This document shows, in pieces, positions 1 to 12,201 of a stretch of 64,000 nt of DNA. The notes under the pieces were generated by a model. That model worked only from the letters and a program-made list of their open reading frames with translations, made no database searches and was not told the DNA's origin. The stretch lies in contig CT868152.1 of NCBI GenBank assembly GCA_000165425.1, forward strand, positions 186,001-250,000. The letters run 5' to 3'. Origin of the DNA: Paramecium tetraurelia (taxonomy: Eukaryota). The translations under genes and the position numbers were made by a program. The first letter of the stretch is position 1. Each line of letters begins with the position of its first letter.

Positions 1-144
1 GGAGAATTATTAAACAGAAACTGGAGTTAAAGTCCCTGTCGTATTAGTAAGTGATTGAAATATTATGTTTAGTAACCATTTGTAGGCAAGGATTTCATTC
101 CTTACGTAAAACCATTACCTAAGAAGGAAGATCTAGGTGCATGA
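1..144 (+). CDS. SARS1: Seryl-tRNA synthetase, C-terminal end (partial)
   Basis: ENYQTETGVKVPVVL|QPFVGKDFIPYVKPLPKKEDLGA* across a 26-nt intron (47-72); matches the SerRS C-terminal ENYQ..G..VP..L.P motif. Confidence 0.85.
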
Positions 145-191
145 ATAACATTATATACAAAATAACATAATTCTATAAAATTCATATTCCA

Positions 192-992
192 TCATTAATC
201 TAATGGTGCGTTATTAATAATATTGTTTAATTTATTGGCTTATTTTTGTTAATTCTTTTATTAATTAGTATTTCCTTTTTCACCTTTATTCTTTTATTAT
301 TTATTTGTATTTTAATTCTATTCCTAATTATTTGAATTTCCTTTTTGATTCTAAAAACTCTTTCTTTAAATTTCTTATTCTTATGGCACTTTCAACTTAA
401 CAGTTTGATACTTCAATTCTTAAATTACTTTAATACATACCATCCCCAAGTATTATAGGTATCTCACAAACACTCTCTTTCCTAAAAACATTCATTTGTT
501 CTGTTATTTTCTATATTTTTTACTTAACATCCTCTGGCAATTCGATGTCCTTTTTAGTGAACAAATAAACACAATTTATTCTCTCTATCTTCATAATCTT
601 CTACAAATGTGTCCTTATTATGCGATTAAATAGAAAATACCTAATCTCCTCTTTAGCCAGAATTATTTACTGATTGTATTTCCAAAATACGGTTGAAGCC
701 TGTATTAAAATATCTGTGATGCTTGAAATAATATTGCATTTTACGATTAATCATAAATTAATATTAAAGCCAAAAAATTCGATTAATTCGCTCTTAGCTT
801 TCTTATTGCACTCCTTATTCCCACCTTTGTCTACACATATTAGGACAATTCTTAGTCATTCTTAATCTATTGAATGCATTTGACCAAATCTTGAGAGGAG
901 TATTGGTCCAAAGTTCTGAAGTTGTATTCGAAAGGTTGATGAAGACAAGTACGTATGGGTTACTTACGCTTTTCTTTAATTTGTTGTTTCAT
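192..992 (-). CDS. L7Ae-family protein resembling RNase P/MRP subunit Rpp38/Pop3
   Basis: MKQQIKEKRKQPIRTCLHQPFEYNF...KVGIRSAIRKLRA...ITDILIQAS; 2-3 short introns; resembles the Rpp38 N-terminal KTSL..PY and VG.N.V.R.LE / IT.HLIQLS segments; Q/N-rich tail. Confidence 0.5.
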
Positions 993-1026
993 GGAAAAAT
1001 TGCTTTTATATTAAATAAATATAAAT

Positions 1027-1709
1027 TCATTTATTAGTTGAACTTGAACTTTAACCAGAGTTTTCTTGAAAGTTCCTACTCTGTTGTTTGAGAGTCATAT
1101 AATCAGCCAGTATCAACTTGAGCCACTTCCAGGTCTGTTTGAGTGAAGGTTGTTCTCGAAATGAATTGTCTGGATGGCAACTAACCACCATATGCAAAAG
1201 AGATTCTATAAATTTATGTTCATGGGAATATTTAGATCTTCCTTAATATAATAGTACTTCAATATTTGCAATTCTTCCGACGTATCTTAATTTAATTTAT
1301 TTGTTGTGATTACTTCTTATTCCAATTTTAATATGGTTTTTTTCAATTCGATGTTTATCTTCTGTAATTAGCCATTGTGCATTATTTCACTATGCAATTT
1401 ATCAGACATTTGCTACAGTTCCTTATTTAATTCATCAATGTATTTCTAATTCCTATTCGAATTTTTAAATTGCTCCTCTAACTCAATTTTCAAATCCTAA
1501 ACCTGATTGAGCAACAGCTATTCGACCTTCCTCAACTGCACAATGATATCGTTTAATTTCTATATTTCTTAATCCAAGTTTTGTTATTGTCTGGGTAATG
1601 ATCTACTATAAGATTTTTTTTAAAGATCAGAATTTAGAGATTTCCTTGCTGTATATGAATCTGAAGACAAATTAGCTTCTGCATCAGTCTCCCGAATGGA
1701 ATATAACAT
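1027..1709 (-). CDS. Hypothetical coiled-coil protein
   Basis: Open frame in the ciliate code, MLYSIRETDAE...heptad-rich...PSLKQTWKWLKLILADYMTLK...*; one ~20-nt intron. Confidence 0.75.
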
Positions 1710-1773
1710 TGAAATTTTAACGAAATTTAATAATAAATATATTATATTTTGAAGGGAATTATTGGTGTTAATA

Positions 1774-2940
1774 TCACTATCTAAATATGCCTCCCTTTTT
1801 TAAGGCATTTTCAGCATCCTTAATGGCTAATAACTCATTGTCGTATTATTAGATCAAGGTATTGTGTGATGCAGTTCTTAAATTCAAAGAATACGATACC
1901 TTTCAATCCATCTATTTTGAGTGGCAGAGAGATTGTCTTCAGCTTCAGACAAATTGAGTCTTGCATCATTCAAAATTGAATTGAGTGCCTTGATTTCTCC
2001 ATCCTTGGTCTCAATTTCAGCTTACAACAATGGAATCAACACATCTCTAATTCCGGTGATCTTGGCCTAGATTTCTGATAGAATGTCTTATTGTAATTTA
2101 GACTATGCATCATATTGATTTTGTAATGAGGTTTGTCCATCAATCAAAGATTGTCTTAATTGATTCATATAGTTGATGACTTTGGTTTAAGTTCTCTTAA
2201 TCGACATAATTGTTTTGAGCAATTTGTGTCAATGCCTTAACCAATGGTTAATAAAACACTCTCTTTGAAGATAATTATTTAAGACTAGAAATATAGAATG
2301 ATGAATCATACTGGTTATGCATCTTTTAAGAAACATCCTTTATGTTTTCTGCCTTTTACAAGAGTGAAGTTTCGTCTTTGACTTCATTCAACAATGCAAT
2401 AGCTTAATCTAAAACTGCAATGGTGTCAGCATATTCGTTGAACTATCTGGTGAAGACTGACTTGTCTGAATTGATTTAGGCCTCTTTGGCATTGAATAAT
2501 TTGGTTGCATCGTATAGATCTTATTTAGCCTCTGTCAAAAGTTATTGTAATCTGCCTCTTTCATCTGTCAAGTCTTTAACGTCGACTTCCAATTAGGCAA
2601 TCTGAATATATAGGTTGCCACTCTTACCTTGTTTTTGAAGTCTGTTATTTGATTTTAATAGTATTGAACATCTGCTTGATATTATTGATATTCTTATTCG
2701 TAGAATGCGTTTTCTTCGTTCTTTCTTGCCTTGAAGGATTCAGCCAATTCATCAAGAGCAACGAATAGTTATTGGAAATTGAAATCTTTCGATGCCACTT
2801 CTGATAAACCCACAATAACTGATTGGAATGCATGTACAGATTCTCCAGTTGCTGACAAAATTCCTTAGCTAGATGATCATGAGTCTTATATACTTGGCTA
2901 ATGTCAAATACAAAAGAGACAATGTGATGAACGCTTTCAT
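1774..2940 (-). CDS. Trichocyst matrix protein (TMP) precursor
   Basis: Signal peptide MKAFITLSLLYLTLA; acidic heptad coiled coils; central SLLQ...FYQPLVKALTQIAQNNYVDQENL.KVI segment typical of TMP precursors; several short introns. Confidence 0.8.
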
Positions 2941-2999
2941 TTATTTAATTATATATCCGTTTTTATATGCATTGCGATTCACGATAATTTATTATTTAA

Positions 3000-4007
3000 T
3001 CACTTTGATTTTTCATTCCTGTTAAGCATCATCTCTTAATCTACACTCATTATCAAATTAATCTACAATCAAATCACTTCTCTTACTTTCTATAAGTCAG
3101 AATAAAACATTCCTATAAAAAATGAATTCATCAAATATAAACTATATGACAGTGTAGAGTATATCTCGCTAACCATGTTTGCTATAAAATCTTCAGATGC
3201 ACTCAAACCATCATTCAAACTTGGTTCTCCTTAAGCCATCGGCATTCCCATAAAAATACTAATGAAATTCACCGAAATAACTAAAATAGATTAAATATCT
3301 ATTCAAATACAAGCAGTAAATAAAAAGCAAATTACAGTAAACAAAGCTGCCTTTATTTGTTAACTCAAAGAAAACGGTTATAACTGATTTCTGAGTTTGG
3401 ATGGTTAAGAACCCTACTTGTAACACATGTAATAGCTTGTGAATAGAAAATTCATTATGAACGAAAATGTTAATAAAATTCTGTCTTCGGTATCTAAAGG
3501 GATATAGATGGGTATACATAAAAAGTTGGATTGGTTTTTGTATTCGATGGGAAGTAAAGCAAATGCTAGGAATGCTAGATGGGATAACACTCCACTTAAA
3601 AATATCTAAAATGAAAAGACTTTATGTGGAATCGATCGAGCTGAGTAGCGTTTCCTAATGGGTTTAGATTAATTGGCCTAATAAACCAAATAATATATAA
3701 TAATTCCCATCAAACTTATTAAAGCATTTCCAATCTATAAAATATAATTTATTAAATATAATACAGTAAATAATTAATTCTTTTAAAAAGGCAACTCCAA
3801 AAACAAAGGGAATGTTTGAGCCCTTGCATATTAAAACTGACTCAAAATAGCTGCTGATAAAACTATCAGTGACATTGATAAATATATTGGTGGCAACATC
3901 TTGATTTGTTATTTCAAATTAGTTTGTGTTTGAAGTGTTAACTCTTTCTCATTTATGCTAATAAATGATTGTTGTTCGTCATCTCTTGAAATCTCATTCA
4001 ATATCAT
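3000..4007 (-). CDS. Hypothetical multi-pass membrane protein
   Basis: MILNEISRDDEQQ...; several hydrophobic stretches (IYLSMSLIVLSAAILS, NALISLMGIIIYYLVY, IFLSGVLSHLAFLAFALL); two short introns. Confidence 0.7.
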
Positions 4008-4057
4008 AGCCAGCCTGAAAAAACGAATAAAATATATATAATAATTATATTAAAAAA

Positions 4058-5165
4058 TCAAACCTTATAATTCTTATTTTAACTCTTAGCATGACGACTA
4101 TAGTTTTCCAGATATTGGCTATCCAAAGTGAGATTCTTATGTCCAATAGAAATGTCCAATTTTTTACCCTTGATTGTAGACTCTCTCATTTTGGGTCTAG
4201 TTTATTAAGTAATCAATAGTAGATACCTGGAATTGGGCACGACCTAGTATTGTTATAAACTAATTTCTGGTTCATCCTGTTCAGTTTTGATCCTGATTTC
4301 CTGGAAATTCTTTTTCCCATTTACAACTATGCTATTATTAATATTTTAATTGATGTTGATGTAATTGTTGTTGACTTAAGGAGTTCTCTTATAGAAGGTT
4401 CCACCTATGCTATAAATCTACGATGGAATTACTTCTGATTGTTCATCTGTTTCTGTTGAGTGATCTTCAAGATTTGCTGAATATATTTGGATTTATTTTT
4501 CTTCTCAGACGACAATGTGGGAGTCGCCCTGAAGCCAAGATTCGATGAAGGTTTGGTAATGACACTTTCCCTGCCCTGACTTTGACTTGCTGCATTCACA
4601 GACAACTCTGTGGGCTTTGTAATTGAGGTGTTGGATATATTGGTTCCTCGTAACTTCTACATTCTAAATTATAAATTCCTTAAACCTGGAAGACTTCAAA
4701 TTGGGCGCATAGTTGAACTGCTTAGTTTTAGGTTGTGTTTCTTCGACAATCTGATCTGTTAATTTCATTAATCGCTCATTGAGAGCCTTCATGAAATGGG
4801 GTTGAGTAGCATCGGTCAATCGATCCAGATTATCACAATTCAAGTTATAGGTTGTGACATCTTTTAGAGATTGCAACGATGTGTCCGATGAGGATTCATA
4901 TTACTCTTTAGGAAATTTGAAGGTGTGGTTGATTTTGCAGGTTCTGAACCTAGAATTAAAATGAGTATGTAAATACTTCATTTCTATTTCGAGTTTGAAA
5001 TCTTCAACTTCAGAATCTTCATCTGGTTATGTTTTCATAATCAATTCAGCTGGTACTTGTGGTTTGACAATTTTCTAAAAAATCAAATATTTCATTAGAT
5101 CTTTATCAAAATTTTTGGGTTATTACACTTGTGGAACTTTTGGACTTCTTGTTTCTGTTGGACAT
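4058..5165 (-). CDS. Hypothetical protein
   Basis: MSNRNKKSKSSTS...; contains supplied ORF 4664-4876 in frame; several GT..AG introns; ends ...NKNYKV*. Confidence 0.7.
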
Positions 5166-5214
5166 AAATCTATAAATCTATATTTAAATAATAAAAATAA
5201 ATTAAAAGACAAAA

Positions 5215-6057
5215 TCAATATTAACTCCTGGTTCTCAATTTAGGCAGTTATCTTCTTCTCTCCAAATCCTTATTGGCATCTTCAATTACTTCTATTAAAA
5301 TCGTTGATAATCACTTACTTGTCTTAAATTTCAACCAGTCCTTCTTCCTGGCAATGTCCATTTTGAATTGACTGAAATCAAGGTTCACCTCCTTCTTCAC
5401 TTTTAGATCCAACTCAAACTTTAATAAAGATGATCTATTGATTTTGATTAATGAGCATTCTGAGATAGTTTTGACATTAAATTACATAGCTTTTGAATTG
5501 AGACACTCGTAAATGGCAAAATGTTTCCTATTCTAATTCAGAACCAACTCCACTCCTTCAGTGCTTTTGTATTATTACAATTATCCTTCCACAAGTATTA
5601 TACAATCTGTTGGCACCACTCCTTAATGGAGCAGTATTCTATTATCATTCAACTTCACGAAGGAACTCTCCTTGATTATTTGTTTCAATTGATGATAACT
5701 CAAACCTTTGAAAACACTGATATCTAGGAGCATGTTGATGGAGGTCTCGATCCTTCTTTGCTTCTCTTCCTATTGAAAATACTCGACCAATCCTTTGTTT
5801 ATGAGTATGACGTCGCTGTTCATTGATGCAATTATCTTACCTTCTCTTATTATGATGTCACCAAGCAATAATTTATAGTAATATAGATCGTCCATGTTTA
5901 CAGTTTTATCTTTTTTGATTTCCATTAGTGTCGCTCTCTTAGATAGGAGTTCAATGGCAGCATCATTTTCGATGCCTTCTACAATTTTCAATTGTTTGAA
6001 GAGATTGGGATCGCAATGTCCGAATTTAATTTATTCTTTGAGCAATTATTTGCTCAT
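5215..6057 (-). CDS. Cyclic-nucleotide-binding (cNMP) domain-like protein
   Basis: LLDISVFKGLSYHQLKQI...ILLHQGVVPTDCIILVEGQL...FAIYECL...FNVKTISECSLIKINRS follows the cNMP beta-roll pattern; a degenerate first repeat lies N-terminally. Confidence 0.65.
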
Positions 6058-6082
6058 TAATATTAATATTTTAGATATTGAA

Positions 6083-7185
6083 ATGTTGAGTGGTTTATTG
6101 TACAGTCCTAATTGGACTTTTGTAGACAAAATCTTAAGAGACCCTCAATTAGTAGATCTTGAATACTTCGTTGGAGGTGGTCCAGGACATGATTGGTTAG
6201 CAAAGACAGTTAGAGTAGATCAATAAAAGTAATAATAGTAATGATTATAATAGATACTTGGGTCCAAGAGCTAAATTTGAGAGATAATTCAATGAAGAGC
6301 CAAAGACATGGGAAGTCGTAACAGACAACTTGTATCGTTTAACCTTACTTGCTGGAGTTGAGAGATTGCTCACTTTAAGACAAGCATATGGTGGTTTAAA
6401 GACAAGGTTCACTTTTGGAGATTCAAATACGTACGAAGTCATTTAATATATGAATATAGAGCATGTTTACAATAGATATTCAACCAAGGATTATTTAAGG
6501 GATATTTCAGAGGTGCTTTATTGAATGCTGCTCAATTTTTGACTGTTTGGGCTCATCCATTAGTATATAGTAGAGGTAATGGATACGCCTCTCATTATCT
6601 TTATTCTTCCTTATTTGAATTGATCACATATCCAATTGACACAATCAAGACCATCATCTATTCTGATGTTCAAGGCAGATATAAGGGAGCATTTGATGTC
6701 ATTGAATAGGTTAAATCATAGTGATAAATAGGTTTATGCAAGAAATGGATTCAGTCATTTCTACAGAGGAATAGTATTTAAGTTGGCCTATCAATGGAAC
6801 CCTCATCTATCACCTTAGAAATATCTATGAATAGGATTATATTCAATAAGTATGTGCAATTTAATTATGATAGTTAGTATCAGTTCCATTACTTGCTATT
6901 GGTTATGGATTTTTGACAATAAAGACTAGATTGTAATTGGCTAGCACTGATTTGAGTTTCTAAGAGACTCCATAAAAGGGAAGAATAGCTGCCAATCTAT
7001 TTGCTTAAAAGACTCCATTCAGCATTTACAGAGGAGTAATTCCCTTCTTGTTGTTGACTGATTTCTTCCATTACAAATTATTTGCACTTTACTCATCGAC
7101 TGCTCAATCAAGAACATTGGATGAATTCCTTGTTTAATACAAGCATCATATTGGAAGTCCCAAGGATGAAAATTTATGGCAATGA
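6083..7185 (+). CDS. Mitochondrial carrier family protein (apparent 1-nt frameshift near 6792)
   Basis: YPIDTIKTII (Px[DE]xxK motif), GLFKGYFRG, GFSHFYRG, FLTIKTRLQ, IYRGVIP; 4 short introns. Confidence 0.85.
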
Positions 7186-7224
7186 TTATTAAATAATAAA
7201 TAAAATAAAATGTTCTATATGAAT

Positions 7225-7925
7225 TCAAAATATTTTACAACAACATCCACCTTCGTGTTTAATATTTTCATCTTTCTAAATATTATCTGTTTAATTCCCA
7301 GGTCTTTTGCCTAAATTTCCTTGTCCTATTTGAATTAAGACTCTCTATGTCAAATCTTCAATGACTAAATCAAAGTTTTATCCTGTCAAACAAGAAATCT
7401 CAAAATACGAAATATGCAATTCATCTGCCATTCTCTAAGCATCAGCCTAGGTTTCTCTGTAATCATTTAGGTCTGACAAATCGGATTTGTTCCCAACCAA
7501 TATCAATTACGCATCTAAATAATAATTCAATATCTAATGATACATTAAGAAGACTGAGATGCAATCTAACTGAAATCAGCTCTCAAATTCTAAAGAGTTT
7601 GAGGTCTATATATCTCAAAATGAATTTTACCTCGTGAGATCGAAAATCAAAATAAAACCAAAAGCAAACTTATAAAATCCATAAGAAGCGAATCTCAAAT
7701 TCACATCTCCAGGCTATTAATTTACATTTTATTATAGTGTACTGTGTCGAATATGCAAAGTTTATATTTACCACTATCATACAATTTAGATTTGAAATCA
7801 ACACCTTTACTTTCTTCGTATTTGTCATTGAAATTATTATCACTAAATCTTGACAGAAATGCCGTCTTGCCAACCATATTTGATCCAATCAACATATATT
7901 TAATCACTTGCTATCCATTAGACAT
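7225..7925 (-). CDS. Divergent Rab-family small GTPase
   Basis: GSNMVGKT P-loop, KGVDFK, DTPGD, LVGNKSD, EISC, C-terminal GGCCKIF*; 3 introns. Confidence 0.9.
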
Positions 7926-8039
7926 TTTGTTTATTTTAATATTATTATCGTAAATACTCTCATTTATTATTAATTTCTATCATATTTATAAAAGACACAC
8001 CTTTAATTCACAAAATTTAAAATTTTAAATAATTTAAAA

Positions 8040-9156
8040 ATGGAGCAAACCTACACATTTACAATTGAATCCAAAAAACAAAATATAGATGCCCTTACTG
8101 AAGAATAACAACAAGAATTCAAAACTCATGCAGACGAATGCCAAATTATAGTCTTAAAAGGCAATAGTTACTCAAAACAATTTTTCAATCAATTCTCAGA
8201 GTACATCACATCAGCCAAACAATTGCAAGTATTCTTAATTACTAAACATAGAAAATCAATGGAAATGATATCTTCGTTGGCAAAGGAAAAGATGAAATCC
8301 CTCAATCATTACAAGTATAATACAATCCAATATTGTAGATCCTAGGAAATAGTCTCATCGGATTAAACATCTTGAGTCTTGATCTATCCAACAATGCAGT
8401 CAACCCATTCGGTGCTGAGGCATTAAAACCCTTCCTTAAATAAGCCCACTAATTGCAAAAGCTATTCCTCAATAATTGTGGTCTAGGCATCAGAGGTGTC
8501 ACTTAAATCTCAGAAGGATTATAAGAAGGAGAACACAATCTACAGATTTTGGCTATCGCAAGAAATAGAGCCGAATGCGACGGTGCCATTGAAATATCTA
8601 AAGCATTCCCAACATGCAAAAAACTATAAGAATTACACATCTATTAGAATGGCATCAAATAAAAAGGCATGATTGAATTGCTATCATCACTAAATAAAAA
8701 CTGCACTGAATTAACAACCATTGATATTAGAGATAACTTTGTTCATGAAGCAACAACTTAAGTCTTAAGCGACCTCATAACTAATTGTTCTCATTTGACA
8801 GCTATCAACATATCAGATTGCAACATCTAAGGAAAATAAAATAAGCAAATCTTGGAGGCTTTAACTAAACTAGTCAAAATAGAAAGATTGGGTTACAATT
8901 ATGCTGAATTAAATGATGTCTAGGGAAATGAACTATATGACATTATTGTTAAATAAGTTGAGAATGTTTCAGTAATAATTATTTAATATTTAAGAAATTG
9001 GAATTGAAAGGAAACGAGTTCAAGAAAACTACAAAATAAAAGTTTAAGGAATTATTCGCAACTAAGGAGAAGGTTCTTGGAGCATTCGATAGTGATGATG
9101 AAGATGAGGAAGAGGCAGATGAATTGTAAAAGTTATTTAGTCAGTTGGTTATTTGA
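8040..9156 (+). CDS. RANGAP1: Ran GTPase-activating protein (LRR)
   Basis: DIFVGKGKDEIP, LDLSNNAVNPFG, LFLNNCGLG, IARNRAE, IYQNGI, DIRDNF and acidic tail DSDDEDEEE; 3 introns. Confidence 0.9.
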
Positions 9157-9471
9157 AATTATGAATAATATGTTTAATAATATTATGTAATTAATGATTT
9201 CTTATATCATATGTTATTCATTTATAAGAAAATAATTCTTCTGTTTTTATTCTACTTTGGATAAGGCAATAACTACTATTAATTCATTTATATTGTTTTC
9301 TAAATATGGGATTAAAAATACTAGATAAAAATACGCTTATTTAATAGAATGAATTAATAAGAAATAATGGAACACTTAATAAGTAGAGACTTGAATTGAA
9401 TACACAATAAAATTATAGTTACTTTGAATGATATGATTTCTGTAAACTTATAATCTGATTAGAATATAATA

Positions 9472-10210
9472 TCAAAAAGTATAAAATAATTCATTCTCTA
9501 AATTTCTCAATAATTTTTCATAAAGTTCATAATTATGTGGTTAATGAGTCGGACCTTGTAAAGCGTAATCTTCTCTTTCATCTTAGGGATTCACACTGTA
9601 AAGATTTCTCTCCTAATATTTCTACTACTATCCAACATCTACATACTCCTTAAAAGCCTTAAGAAATCCTGGATTCAATTCTGCTTACTTTTAATATTCT
9701 GGTTTCAATTCAACTTTTCCTTATGATGCAATCCAACTTATACATGGAATTCCCATCACTTAATCTATTGCCTGCTGATACCAAATTGATTCCAATCCTC
9801 TAAAAGCATTAAATATTGGCATACTTTAATTCCTCTTCTACTGTTTTACCTTTCTTGTCATCATAAGAAACGAAGATAGTTTTATATCTATTGACTTTGG
9901 CTTTAAATTAAGGAAAACTAATGGATTCTTCAGTGTTTTCTATGACCTCGTTTGAGATCTTGAGAATCTTAGGGTTGATGATCACTTTGTATTCAGAGGG
10001 AATCATTTTGGAACTCTAAGGCAACATTATGAACAAATTCTATTCCAATCCAACTTAATTGGCTGCAAGAATTCTTATTCTCTTATCTACTGCAGCCAAT
10101 TTCATTTGATTCACCTTTGAATAAAATCTTTTATTGAAGGCACCGTAATATATACACTTTGAAAATAAAGCATTGGACAATTTATCACCAAACACTATAA
10201 TATTAGCCAT
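9472..10210 (-). CDS. Peptide deformylase-like protein, predicted catalytically inactive
   Basis: LAANQVG, VIINPKI, EESISFP (EGCLS site), VNRYKTIFVSYDDKKG, YQQAIDQVMG (HExDH site); one intron. Confidence 0.8.
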
Positions 10211-10212
10211 AA

Positions 10213-10512
10213 ATGAATATTATTAAAGTAACAAAATAATTCTTAAGTGGAAAACCAAAAGGCTTCTATTTGCAGCTTTTTGTTAAACCAAAATCGAAGG
10301 CAGAGATGCTTGAATTTTCAGAAGAATTCGTTATTGCAAAGACCAAAGCTCAACCTATTGACAATGAGGCCAATGAAGATGTAATAAGGATGTTGAGTGA
10401 AAAATTGTCTATTGATCAAAGTTCAATAAAAATAGTGAAAGGACAATAAAGCAAATATAAAACTGTGTTTATTGAAAACGAAATGCAAGCCTATAATAAA
10501 TTAAGGAATTGA
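10213..10512 (+). CDS. DUF167 / UPF0235 (YggU-like) small protein
   Basis: LFVKPKSK...AQPIDNEANEDVIRMLSEKLSIDQSSIKIVKGQQSKYKTVFI, the DUF167 signature; intronless. Confidence 0.85.
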
Positions 10513-10561
10513 GATATACATATATATATTACTTACGTGTTATATTTTTATTATCTAGAAA

Positions 10562-12201
10562 ATGCTCTTGATATTCACATTGTTATTCTCTCTAGGGCAG
10601 AGTGAATTGGTCTATCTTGGATACAAGAACTACACAATGGCAAAGAAGGAACACTAGCCTTTGATTGTCTTCTATTACGGAGATGACAAACAATCTAAAA
10701 AGTTTCTAGATGATTTCATAGCCATTGCCACAGGACAACACAGCCTCCAAAAAACAGGCTCATATCCAACAAATATCAATTTTGGACTCGTTAACTCTGT
10801 TGAAGAAAAAAAACTCATGGAAAAAACTTAGATCTAAGTCACTCCATCAATCTTTCTATTTTATGCCGACACTTAAAAATAAAAGTATTCTGGAGCCTAT
10901 AATGCATAAGCCTTCCTAAACTGGCTAAAGAAGACTTACAGAGATTCTCCAGAATTAAGTATTTATACAATCTAATATTTAGATGAGTTTTACCCATCAT
11001 CTCTCCTTCAAAAATGGGATCAATTTGTTAACAAAATTAACAGTTTCTAGTTAATTGCCTTCTTAGCCACTCCTGAATACAGAGTCTCCCCTTTGAAGGC
11101 TTTCGTCTAAGCAGCCAAACAATTACCATAAGGAGTAAATATTAAACAAAATCTCTTAGTATGTTTTTTGTCACATCTTCAATGCAGAGTTGTACTAACA
11201 TTTAGGATTGAAAAAAGAGGAAAGTGGTCTTGTTATTTATAGTAAATTGGAAGATCTTGAAGATATCAGCGAAGAGAAGACTAAGAAATATCAAACTTAT
11301 TTGCATAAATTTAAGGGAGACATTAAAAATACTGATGAAATCCTTCAATTTTTAAAGATCTATGCTTTTAAAAAAGGATTTGTCTATGTAGATGATACTA
11401 AATTCTAGAAGTTATCCAGAAGAGTAGACTTATTGCCATCAGTTATTTTATTATACAATAAAACAAGTATTATTTACTTATAAATTCTAATTAGATCCTG
11501 AACATGAGCAATATGTCTAAAAGATGCAAGATGCTAGATATCCCTTATTAAATAAAGCTATTGTAGGTGTTCTTGATGTTAATGGAGATTGCGAAGAAAG
11601 ATTAGAGAGAGTTTATGAAATTAATGTCAATACAACTTAATTACCATAATTGATAGCCATGAAACCAATTGATGATAACAGATTCTACAAATATAAAAAT
11701 GGACCAGCAGATCCAATTTAATTTTATGAACAAATTTCATCAGGATAAATAAAACCCTTCTATAGAGACGAAGGCATTTTATAAAATTTATATGATGGTG
11801 CAGGAATCTATAAGTTGACTAGATCTACTTATTATCCATTCATTAAAGAACAAAATGATAAAGGTGTAGATGTTATTGTTACATACACTGCTAAGAAATG
11901 TTAACCATGCAAAGATTTTAGACCAGATTATAATGAAGTGTTTAAGCAGGTAAATTTATCCATCTATTTAATTTAGCATAAATAAGCCATTGAAGGCAAA
12001 GTTATTTTTGCAAGATGCGACATTGAAAATAATGAGATTGATGATCTTCATATTGATAATTACCCTCACGTTAAACTATATGCAGCTGGAAAAGAACATC
12101 CATTTACATTACACTTATAAAAGACAGAAGAGAATTTGACTTAATGGTTAAGCGAATAAAGCAATTACGGAAGTATCTTCAAAGTTAAAGCTGATTTGTG
12201 A
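10562..12201 (+). CDS. Protein disulfide isomerase-like ER thioredoxin-domain protein
   Basis: Signal peptide; multiple thioredoxin folds; only the last has CxxC (KCQPCKDF); RCDIENNEI..YPHVKLY; C-terminal KADL*. Confidence 0.8.

Noticed and set aside
3122..3820. Plus-strand gene suggested by ORF 3467-3658
   Set aside because: It is an antisense shadow of the minus-strand membrane-protein gene at 3000-4007.
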